Below the pieces are notes generated by a model. That model saw nothing but the letters and a program-made list of their open reading frames with translations, searched no databases and was not told where the DNA came from. 56,089 bases of DNA from Eubacteriales bacterium (lineage in GTDB: Bacteria > Bacillota > Clostridia > Oscillospirales > JAAYXM01), in assembly GCA_045614365.1 (NCBI GenBank), contig JAZLCV010000207.1, positions 1 to 56,089 of the forward strand, read 5' to 3'. This document shows positions 19,661 through 27,796 of this stretch, one piece after another. The translations under genes were made by a program, and so were the position numbers. Each line of letters starts with the position of its first letter. Within the stretch, counting starts at the first letter, position 1.

Positions 19661-20923
19661 TTAGCCGATAAAATCTTTCATCTCGATAACTCTATTCTCA
19701 AGACGAGCCTTTTCTGCAGCAAAGACCGTTGCATGGTTCATAACCGATATCCCTATTTCACTGATCATATCACCATGATAATCCTCTGCAATGTATTTAT
19801 ATAGTGTGTTGACAATGCCTCCGTCTCCGCCGCCGTGGCCGCCGGTTATATCTCCGCTGAGTTTTTCATCCAGCGGATTGATAACGGTATGCTCACGGGT
19901 TTTGAAGCTGAAGTAATCAATTGTGTTTCCTTCCATATCCCCGTAGAGTTCCCCATCAGTTCCCATAATGCGGATGTATCTTCCACCTTTGTTGAACGCA
20001 CACATATTAAAGGATGCAACCGCACCGTTTTCATATTCGATATTAACAACCTGATGGTCAACAACATCGTTGTCGCACTTGAACACACATTTGCCATATT
20101 GCGTTGTGCGAAGAACCTCTCCAAGCTCTTCATTTGTCGGATTAACCTTTTTCGCTGCTGCATTGCGGAACCAGTCATTTTCTTCATCATCAAGATAGAG
20201 CTTAACTGCGTTATAATAACATTTATCGCCGTAAGGGCAGCCGTCTATGCAATACTCCGGTGCTCCCTCAGGTGTATTTTCTTTCTTAAAATATGTAAGC
20301 GATCCAAAAGACGAAACCGACTTTGCCCGGCTTCCAATAAGCCACTGCATAATATCAATATCATGACAGGACTTTGCAAGAAGCATATTAGAACTTTCTG
20401 CTGTATTTCTCCAGTTACCACGGACATAGCTGTGGCTCTGGTGAACATTACCTACGCATTCACTGTGATGAATTGAAATAACATTGCCAAGCGCACCGTC
20501 GTTAATCAAGTCTTTTATTCTGCGGAAGAACGACGTGTATCGAAGCACGTGGCACACAAGCACCTTGACGCCCTTCTCCTTTGCTGCATCTGCTATATCT
20601 CTACACTCGCTGTATGTCGGCGCAACCGGCTTTTCCATCAAAAGATTATATCCAAGCTCTATCGCCTTCATAGCCGGAGCATAGTGGAGACTGTCACTCG
20701 TGGCAATGATCGCAATATCCGCGAATTTAGGAACAGACAATAAATCTTTCCAGTCAGAAAAGCACATATCCTCAGAAATGTTATGCTTATTCTTTATGTA
20801 ATTGCGAAGCTCGCGTATAGGCTCCGCTAGCGCAACAACGCGAAATCTGTCATCCGTCATATTGTCCGTATATATACGTCCGCGGCTTCCCGCTCCTATC
20901 AGAATAACATCAAGAGTTTTCAT
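19661..20923 (-). CDS. Gfo/Idh/MocA family oxidoreductase, long form (420 aa).
   Basis: The start was set at the ATG (MKTLDVILIGAGSRG) preceded by AAGGTGA. It has the EKP motif (LMEKPV) and is the first gene of the AraC-linked operon. Confidence 0.85.
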   Translation of the reverse strand: MKTLDVILIGAGSRGRIYTDNMTDDRFRVVALAEPIRELRNYIKNKHNISEDMCFSDWKDLLSVPKFADIAIIATSDSLHYAPAMKAIELGYNLLMEKPVAPTYSECRDIADAAKEKGVKVLVCHVLRYTSFFRRIKDLINDGALGNVISIHHSECVGNVHQSHSYVRGNWRNTAESSNMLLAKSCHDIDIMQWLIGSRAKSVSSFGSLTYFKKENTPEGAPEYCIDGCPYGDKCYYNAVKLYLDDEENDWFRNAAAKKVNPTNEELGEVLRTTQYGKCVFKCDNDVVDHQVVNIEYENGAVASFNMCAFNKGGRYIRIMGTDGELYGDMEGNTIDYFSFKTREHTVINPLDEKLSGDITGGHGGGDGGIVNTLYKYIAEDYHGDMISEIGISVMNHATVFAAEKARLENRVIEMKDFIG

Positions 20924-21037
20924 TTTTCTCACCTTAAATAATTTTTATATATTTATAATAGCATTTTTGTAAATATTATGATATAATTAACAGAGAGAAA
21001 AATATAAAAAACTCCGGATATTAAGGAGATGTAAACT

Positions 21038-21937
21038 ATGCCTAACTTATACGCCGAGCCCGAAAACATCATTCTATCCCAAAATGGCATCAATGTACTT
21101 TTCATCGAAACCCACTCTCCCGCAACGACTGCATTTGCACACATGCACAGTCCCATTGAGTTTTTATACTTCACACGAGGAAAATTCAAAGTAACAATTA
21201 ATGAAGAAAGCTTTCTTCTTCACGAAGGCGATCTTGTTCTTTTTCCCAAATATTCCCTGCACTCAGCAACGGCACTTTCCGATGATGGTGGTTCTTATTA
21301 CGTTTTCCAGATTCATCCGACAATAATCAAAGATATTGTAGAGCAGGAAAAAGAAGATTCTTTTCAGTTTTTCTTTTCTGTTGATAATTCACTCGCCACT
21401 CTTATATGGCAAAAAACGGTTCTTGAAAAAAATAATTTCATACCTTTAATACAGGATATAATTAAAGAATACAACTCCTATGATTATTTTTCCACAGCCG
21501 CACAAAAACTAAGTCTGTTCAGACTTCTTATTGCGATTATCCGTAGTCCTCAGACAAAAACCGTCGGAGTATTTAATAAGTTTAAAACTGGAACATATCC
21601 GGTTTTATATATACATAAAGCCCTTGAATACATAAATGCAAATTACTCAAGCGATATTAAAGCTGAAGATCTGGCAAACAGTCTGAACATAAGCTACAAA
21701 TATTTTTTGGATTGTTTTTCACATATTGCAGGAGAAAGCTTTAAGACGTATCTGAACAAAACAAGGATAAAACGCGCAAAAAGCAAGCTTATAAATTCGA
21801 ATACTTCAATAAGCGAAGTAGGATCCTCTGTCGGTTACAACAGTACCTCGTATTTTATCCTCGAGTTTAAAAAACAAACGGGTATGACCCCCCTGCAGTA
21901 TGTAAAGAAATACCGCGACAAGGGCGTTGAATTTTAG
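21038..21937 (+). CDS. AraC-family transcriptional regulator with an N-terminal cupin sensor domain (299 aa).
   Basis: AAGGAG RBS and a C-terminal double HTH (SISEVGSSVGYNSTSYFILEFKKQTGMTP). It is divergent from the 20923-16467 operon. Confidence 0.9.
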   Translation: MPNLYAEPENIILSQNGINVLFIETHSPATTAFAHMHSPIEFLYFTRGKFKVTINEESFLLHEGDLVLFPKYSLHSATALSDDGGSYYVFQIHPTIIKDIVEQEKEDSFQFFFSVDNSLATLIWQKTVLEKNNFIPLIQDIIKEYNSYDYFSTAAQKLSLFRLLIAIIRSPQTKTVGVFNKFKTGTYPVLYIHKALEYINANYSSDIKAEDLANSLNISYKYFLDCFSHIAGESFKTYLNKTRIKRAKSKLINSNTSISEVGSSVGYNSTSYFILEFKKQTGMTPLQYVKKYRDKGVEF

Positions 21938-22003
21938 CTCTCTTCATATTGTCTCATTCGCTATACCGATTTGTAAACCGGTAATATTTTACTGCAGTAA
22001 AAT

Positions 22004-22039
22004 AGGGATTGCAGCAAAACGCATTTTGCTGCAATCCCT
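22004..22039. terminator. 16-bp perfect hairpin between AraC (+) and abiEii (-). It has a near-twin at 55377-55414.
   Basis: agggattgcagcaaaa-cgca-ttttgctgcaatccct. It overlaps the abiEii stop codon, with A and T runs on the two sides. Confidence 0.6.
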
Positions 22040-22944
22040 TAAAATATACTTTCTTTCAATACTTCTTCTAAAACTTGTACGGCAGTGCTATAATCAACCG
22101 GTTTAAATAAAAGTGCAGAGGTTATATTTTCATAATCATAACGATATGCTTCTGTACTGATCATTTCGCTTATAAGTGAATTCATATTAATATTATCTTG
22201 AGCCGACAAACAAGTTTTGTGCTCCCTGAGCTCTTCCCGAACTGTTTTTACAAGGCTCTTTAATTCATCATTAAACTTAATTGTTGGAAGAAGCTTATAT
22301 AAGTCATAAATATGACGGGAATGCCCCTGTATTGTGTTTGCAAGATAATAATCGCCTAAAGCAAACAATTTGTCAACAAAAGTTCTGTCGGTTGTTTGAA
22401 CATTGAGAACAAACGGAAACAAATCATAAAGCGCGATAATATCATTGTTTTTGTTACTTAGCAGATAATTATAAACAAGACTATCGGCTTCCATCATCTC
22501 GGTAGGGTATGCTCTGAAAAATACAGCCGTTTCAATAATTAAATGTTGCTTCAAAAAGTTTGTATCAAACCGGGTAGGATAATCAATGATATACTTGTTA
22601 AAATCACGACGGCTGCGGATAGATTCAGGTTCTGTTAAAGTGAGGTTGCAATAATCAATCGCATCAATAATATGCGCCTTTAATCTTTTACGCTTGCTTT
22701 CTCCCGGTTTTGTATCTCCGATAATGTTGAGATCGATATCTTCAGAAAAGCGGTCTATTATTTTATAACATTTAGAAAGCGATGTACCGCCTTTGAATAC
22801 AATATCGGGATTACGCTTTGCTATTTCTTTTAAAATGAGAGTTACATAATAGTCTTTCTCGATAATAGCTATTGGCAATTTGCAAAAGTCTGCAGTATTA
22901 AAAATCACTTCTTTAAACAACTCTTTATTCTTATGCAAAAACAT
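22039..22944 (-). CDS. abiEii: AbiEii/AbiGii-family nucleotidyltransferase toxin (type IV TA).
   Basis: Signature KGGTSLSKCYKIIDRFSEDIDL. The start was set at MFLHKNKELF, which overlaps the upstream antitoxin gene by 14 nt. The region is AT-rich. Confidence 0.85.
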   Translation of the reverse strand: MFLHKNKELFKEVIFNTADFCKLPIAIIEKDYYVTLILKEIAKRNPDIVFKGGTSLSKCYKIIDRFSEDIDLNIIGDTKPGESKRKRLKAHIIDAIDYCNLTLTEPESIRSRRDFNKYIIDYPTRFDTNFLKQHLIIETAVFFRAYPTEMMEADSLVYNYLLSNKNNDIIALYDLFPFVLNVQTTDRTFVDKLFALGDYYLANTIQGHSRHIYDLYKLLPTIKFNDELKSLVKTVREELREHKTCLSAQDNINMNSLISEMISTEAYRYDYENITSALLFKPVDYSTAVQVLEEVLKESIF

Positions 22945-23560
22945 TGCTAAGCCCCATTTCGTATATAGATTTGTATATTTTATCGGGGAAAAGCGGAAGG
23001 TAATTATCAACCTTTTCTTTGGTAATTGATTTACTGAAAATATAATTGGAAAGTTTATCTTTGGTCTCTTCTTTAGTCAATTCGGAATATGTTTCTATAT
23101 CCTTCAAAAGCTCAAGAAACTGGAGAGTATACACATTTTCTTCGTTAATCTCAGTTCTCGCTTTTCTAATGATAAATGTTCTTCCGTTATAATCAAGTCG
23201 CTTTATAGGGTTACCCATTTCATTGGTTACTATTTCCTGTACAAAAGGCATCTGTGTAGATATTCCTATTTTATTGGCAAAAACATATCCGCTGTAATAT
23301 CCCATAATTTTGTTATTACGGGAAATATACTTTTTTTCCACAACAACTTCCGGTGGAATTGCAACATTGCCGCCAAGCAATGATTTTCTAGGAATATAGT
23401 ATATTCCGTTTTCAAAGCGGGATAATTTACCATTGTCAGTTAAAAGCTTAAACTGCCTGCGTTTATTAACCTCGGACAAGCCAATATTTATGTCAGATGC
23501 AACGATTGGTTCTCCGGGAGAATAGTTATCATATATATATTTCCATAACATAAAAAACAC
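22931..23560 (-). CDS. abiEi: AbiEi-family antitoxin / transcriptional regulator (209 aa).
   Basis: N-terminal wHTH pattern (FKLLTDNGKLSRFENGIYYIP). Its size and its position directly upstream of and overlapping abiEii also fit. Confidence 0.75.
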   Translation of the reverse strand: MFFMLWKYIYDNYSPGEPIVASDINIGLSEVNKRRQFKLLTDNGKLSRFENGIYYIPRKSLLGGNVAIPPEVVVEKKYISRNNKIMGYYSGYVFANKIGISTQMPFVQEIVTNEMGNPIKRLDYNGRTFIIRKARTEINEENVYTLQFLELLKDIETYSELTKEETKDKLSNYIFSKSITKEKVDNYLPLFPDKIYKSIYEMGLSNVFA

Positions 23561-23565
23561 CTCTC

Positions 23566-23634
23566 AATAACGAAAACGAAATAAATACTTTCACTTTCGT
23601 TATTAGTATATCACATAATATGCTTTTTAGTCAA
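23566..23634 (-). promoter_or_regulatory. Putative abiE promoter with an inverted-repeat operator.
   Basis: On the minus strand: TTGACT (23629-23634), an 18-nt spacer, then TATACT (23605-23610). Immediately after comes the inverted repeat AATAACGAAA-N19-TTTCGTTATT (23566-23575 / 23595-23604). Confidence 0.4.
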
Positions 23635-23653
23635 TAGTAAATGATTTCTCCCA

Positions 23654-24739
23654 TCATCTATTCCTGAAATTCTCCGCTACAACCTTTCCCGCGCCCTTTG
23701 CAAGCGCACGGATGGCTTCTATAAGTATCTTACGAGTTTCATCATCAAGCGTTCGGAGCGTTTTCAGTACCGAAACGGTGTTCCCGACCCAGTTTTCAGA
23801 AAGCTCGCGCACGGTTTTTGCATTCGTTTCCATAAGCACGGAATAAAGCGTATCCACAAGAATTTCGCGCTTTTCCGGAGTCATCGCGGCAATCCACTCT
23901 TTCAGTGTTCTGTCGATGAAGCGGCTTGCATCCGTAACCTTCTCAAGATACACAAACCGATCCCGCTCGACCTCCCACGAATACGTGTCGTGCTGCAACA
24001 GCCCGTTCTGTGTACTTTTTACAATTGTATATTCTTCCTCGTGATTTAAAAGAAGCCCTATCACCGATGACTGCGGAACGTAAGTATTCACGCGGCCTCT
24101 CACGGCAAGATATCCCGGAGATGCGAGCACCTTTTCATCAAACCCCGGTCCGTCAAAATTGTGTGTCTCGTCTATCCTGCGCACTGCCCCGGGTCTTGAA
24201 AATGCGGCAGCATATACCGCGAGGTTTCCGCCTTTTGAATGACCGCCAAGAATAAACCTTCCGCGCACGCGTCCTGCAATACGCTCAAAGTATTCCACAG
24301 CCATTTTTTGCGCCGGAACAGGCGTTATGAAGCTCATATTAAAATCCTCTTTCCATCCGACAAGGTTGTCGTCCGTTCCTCGGAAAGCAATATAAAATCG
24401 TCCGCGCATCAGCTGGAAGGTGATCGCCGAAAACTGAGTCTCGCTTTCCTCATCAACGCGGTTTACATATTCAAACAAGACAAGATTCCGGAACCTTTCG
24501 CTTTCTGCCATAAGCTCTAAAAGCCTTTTGTCGCTTTTCATAAGCAGCTTATCCTCTATGTTTTCTATTTCCAGAAGCGCACTGCATGCACTTCCAACCG
24601 TCATCGCACGTCTTCCGCCCACAAGCTCGAACGGAGCATACGACAGACGGGATAAAAGCATACCGTCCACCTCATTTATCCCTCTTGCCGAAAACGGAAT
24701 ATCTCCGCGCCACATCAGATAATCAAAAGCATTTGCCAT
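23654..24739 (-). CDS. DUF2974 (Mbeg1-like) alpha/beta-hydrolase, lipase-like (361 aa).
   Basis: N-terminus FDYLMWRGDIPF..LSRLSYAPFE and the nucleophile elbow GGHSKGGNLAVYAA. Confidence 0.7.
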   Translation of the reverse strand: MANAFDYLMWRGDIPFSARGINEVDGMLLSRLSYAPFELVGGRRAMTVGSACSALLEIENIEDKLLMKSDKRLLELMAESERFRNLVLFEYVNRVDEESETQFSAITFQLMRGRFYIAFRGTDDNLVGWKEDFNMSFITPVPAQKMAVEYFERIAGRVRGRFILGGHSKGGNLAVYAAAFSRPGAVRRIDETHNFDGPGFDEKVLASPGYLAVRGRVNTYVPQSSVIGLLLNHEEEYTIVKSTQNGLLQHDTYSWEVERDRFVYLEKVTDASRFIDRTLKEWIAAMTPEKREILVDTLYSVLMETNAKTVRELSENWVGNTVSVLKTLRTLDDETRKILIEAIRALAKGAGKVVAENFRNR

Positions 24740-24793
24740 ACCGCACCTCCGTTTTTCTCCGGTTTATTCTACGCATAACCGCGCCTTTTGTTT

Positions 24794-25708
24794 CTAATCC
24801 TTAACTGCTTCTATTCGCTGTTTTATGCAACTGATAAGCACCTTTTCATCAGGATTGAATATATGTCCCTTTCTGTATATTAGTATGTCACGGTTTACCT
24901 CTTTACGGTCAACGCATTTTTTGACCACAAGCCCGCCCGCACGGCGTACGTTCTCCGGAATACGTGACATCCACATATATGTTGTATGGACATTGGAAAG
25001 AATATCGCCCTGGCTTGCGCGCTCATACAAATATATACGCTTCGGTGATTTTTTCCGTAACAGCCGTTTTTCTCCGGATGTTCTCTCTTCCATATCTCCG
25101 TGAACAAGCTCTATGTACTCATCAAGCTCGCTTTCATAAATTTCTTCCTTTGATGCAAGCGGGTGCTTTTCCGACATAACGAGAACAGGCTCAAATTCAA
25201 GCAGCGGCTCAAAGTCCAGCCCTCTTTCACGCAGAATGGTCATCATATAATTTTCCGAAACATCTATATATCTTACAACACCGACATGTGCTTCTCCCCC
25301 CGCGACATGCTCAATTGTGCTCTTCGTTCCGAGCTCGCGTATATTAACGGAAATCTGCTTGCGGTCATGCAACGTATTCAGAAAATCGGTAAACGCAAGG
25401 CTTATATATGTCGCACGCGGACCACAGAAGGTCAGGTTTGTTTTTTTTGTTTTCTCAGATGTGTACATAGCATCAAAATTTACTATCTGCTCATATATCA
25501 CGCGCGCATTTGCAAGAAACTCTTCTCCCTCGCGTGTCGGCTTAACGCCCTTTGTTGTTCGTATGAATATTTTTATACCGATTTCTTCCTCAAGCTCCTT
25601 CATTGCTTTACTCAGGTTCGGCTGGCTTAAGAACAGATTCTGAGCTGCTGCCGTCATAGAGCCTGTTTGAGCTATTTCAAGCGCATATTTCATCTGTGTT
25701 GTATTCAT
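24794..25708 (-). CDS. LysR-family transcriptional regulator (304 aa).
   Basis: The start was set at MNTTQMKYALEIAQTGSMTAAAQNLFLSQPNLSKAMKELE (the HTH region). The candidate LysR-type box TTATA-N5-TATAA lies at 25748-25762. Confidence 0.9.
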   Translation of the reverse strand: MNTTQMKYALEIAQTGSMTAAAQNLFLSQPNLSKAMKELEEEIGIKIFIRTTKGVKPTREGEEFLANARVIYEQIVNFDAMYTSEKTKKTNLTFCGPRATYISLAFTDFLNTLHDRKQISVNIRELGTKSTIEHVAGGEAHVGVVRYIDVSENYMMTILRERGLDFEPLLEFEPVLVMSEKHPLASKEEIYESELDEYIELVHGDMEERTSGEKRLLRKKSPKRIYLYERASQGDILSNVHTTYMWMSRIPENVRRAGGLVVKKCVDRKEVNRDILIYRKGHIFNPDEKVLISCIKQRIEAVKD

Positions 25709-25890
25709 ATTGGCATAAAACCTCCAAATAATCGTCATAACTTTAAGTTATACCACCTATAACCATTATATATTTTACAAAGCAAAAAGTCAATGATAAA
25801 ATATAAATGTAATCGTTAAGAACCAAACGTTTACGTTTCACCTTTTTTAAACATAGTTCACCTTCTAATCCCCCTATATATACCATGCAC

Positions 25891-25922
25891 AATAAGACCG
25901 GTACGAAAGTACCGGTCTTATT
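25891..25922 (-). terminator. Hairpin just downstream of the GH30 gene.
   Basis: 14-bp perfect stem aataagaccggtac-gaaa-gtaccggtcttatt. No clear U-tract on the minus strand. Confidence 0.4.
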
Positions 25923-25933
25923 GCATTATTCTT

Positions 25934-27256
25934 CTATCTCCTAAAAATATATGTAGCAATAGAATGTGCTTCAGCTTTCGCCTTAATCACTTTTCCCTCT
26001 ATCCTGAAGAAAAAGTCTTTATCTGCATCTCCTCTGTTAAGTACAACAGAAACCACACTTCCGTCCGGATTTTTAAAGGAAACGGTGTCCAACTCGTCCG
26101 TCCACTTGCTGCTGCCGATTCTCTTTGCCCCTTGTTTTACAAATTTGCTGAAATGACCAATATAGTAATATGAATCATTTATGTGAACCACGTTGTTTTT
26201 CGTATCTGCCATTATGGGTGCGGCGCAGAAATTACCTACATGATTAGGTCCACCCTTTTCGTCAAGCAGCAGATTCCAATCGCAGAACATATTACAGCCG
26301 TTATTGAAATTACCTATCATATCGTGAGCGTATTTTTCGCCGATTTTAACTGTATCGATTAAACCACGTCCGTATTCATAGCACCCTTCGGAGAAAACTA
26401 TATCCTTGTCGGGATACAACCTGCTAAACATATCAAGCTGCTCAAAATGGTCTCCACTGTACCAATGCAGAGCAATACCATAAATATATTTTGTGGCATC
26501 CGCATCCTCAAGAATCACCCTTGCTCTTTCAATAATTCTCTCTTTATTATGATCCCAGAATAATATCCTGACACCGATATCGTTCATTTTCTTTCCGAGA
26601 TAATTCTTGACAAAATCCCGTTCTTCCTCAGCGGTGTAAACGCATGAATCCCATGTTTGCGTTGCCGCAGGCTCATTTTGCACCGATATCATACCGATAT
26701 CAATGCCTCGTTTTTTGTATTCCTCTATGAATTTCACATAATACTGTGACCAGAGCTCAAAATACTCCTCTTTAAGCTTTCCTCCTCCGTTCATCTGCCC
26801 GTTTGTTTTCATATACGGCGGTGGGCTCCATGGCGATGCAAAGAGAGAAATTTTATTATATTTCATTGCATCTTTTATCATCGGTATTATTGATTTTTCA
26901 TCATGGCTTATATCAAATGTCTCCAAAGTTTCGTCGTCTTCATCAACATAAGTGTAATTGCCAAGTGCAAAATCACAGCTGTTTATATGAACGCGCCCGA
27001 AATTATAGCCTATTCCTTTGACCGGATCAAAATACAGCTTCAATATTTTCTCTCGGTTTTCCTTGCTTAATTTGTCTATTGTGCTGGAGGCCGCTTCTGT
27101 AAACGCTCCTCCAAATCCCTTTATTTCCTGATATTCTATATCGGGAAGCACGCAGATAAGCGAGCCTTCTCTGTCTTTGCTTTCTGCTACAGAAAAATCA
27201 GCCACCTCACTCATCGCAGTTTTTCCTTTTATCGTTTTTACTACGCTTATATTCAT
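25934..27256 (-). CDS. Glycoside hydrolase family 30 (glucosylceramidase-like), cytoplasmic (440 aa).
   Basis: GFGGAFTEAAS, RVHINSCDF, SPWSPPPYMKTNG and VQNEP (acid/base Glu motif). No signal peptide. Confidence 0.85.
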   Translation of the reverse strand: MNISVVKTIKGKTAMSEVADFSVAESKDREGSLICVLPDIEYQEIKGFGGAFTEAASSTIDKLSKENREKILKLYFDPVKGIGYNFGRVHINSCDFALGNYTYVDEDDETLETFDISHDEKSIIPMIKDAMKYNKISLFASPWSPPPYMKTNGQMNGGGKLKEEYFELWSQYYVKFIEEYKKRGIDIGMISVQNEPAATQTWDSCVYTAEEERDFVKNYLGKKMNDIGVRILFWDHNKERIIERARVILEDADATKYIYGIALHWYSGDHFEQLDMFSRLYPDKDIVFSEGCYEYGRGLIDTVKIGEKYAHDMIGNFNNGCNMFCDWNLLLDEKGGPNHVGNFCAAPIMADTKNNVVHINDSYYYIGHFSKFVKQGAKRIGSSKWTDELDTVSFKNPDGSVVSVVLNRGDADKDFFFRIEGKVIKAKAEAHSIATYIFRR

Positions 27257-27382
27257 AAAAGAAACCCCTTTCTTCGAAAAACGTATTGTTAAGTTAAATG
27301 AAAGTTAAGAACCTTTCAAGCCTTCTGGTATAATGGTTTCACCACAAAACACATTTGCTCCCAAAAGAAAGGAAAGGTTCTC

Positions 27383-27583
27383 ATGATGAAATCATATCAC
27401 ATTACGTGCCCGAAATGCAACAACAATCATTCATTTTATCGTTACGGCAAAGATTCTGATAGATATCAAAAGTATCTCTACCGGAACTGCCATCATCAAT
27501 TTGCCCCCGAACGACCAAGCTCAGAGGTAGCAAATCGTCAGCGGAAATATCCACCTTGTCCCTGCTCAAGTTGCTGGTCTTAA
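27383..27583 (+). CDS. Small Cys-rich protein (66 aa) resembling the N-terminal zinc ribbon of IS1/IS1595-type transposases. It may be an IS remnant.
   Basis: The pattern CPKCNNNHSFYRYGK...YQKYLYRNCHHQF matches the CPxC...RYxCxxC..F transposase zinc-ribbon pattern, with one Cys replaced by Tyr. An extended -10 (TGGTATAAT at 27326-27334) lies upstream. No transposase body follows. Confidence 0.35.
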   Translation: MMKSYHITCPKCNNNHSFYRYGKDSDRYQKYLYRNCHHQFAPERPSSEVANRQRKYPPCPCSSCWS

Positions 27584-27796
27584 TCTACCTAAACGGAGAA
27601 AACGTGAGTTTTTGCTCGTTACGTGAAGTTTTCTTTGATTTCCAGAGCTATTTCTCCATTTTAACTTTACACTGCCTCTAAAAAAATAAAAAAATCCATA
27701 AAGCTTATACATTAGTCTGTTTTTTGTGAATACACGAAATATACCGTTTTATACCTTATGGTACTAAACATTTCTTTTTCATTGAATTTTCCTTTC

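Noticed and set aside
20953-21189. A 78-aa minus-strand ORF overlapping the start of the AraC gene.
   Set aside because: It overlaps a well-supported plus-strand regulator gene and the divergent promoter region. It has no RBS or recognisable motif.
27308-27381. A 10-bp inverted repeat flanking a promoter, considered as an invertible promoter switch (inverton).
   Set aside because: The repeats are short and only 54 bp apart, there is no recombinase gene nearby, and one arm overlaps the RBS. An operator, or coincidence, is more likely than DNA inversion.
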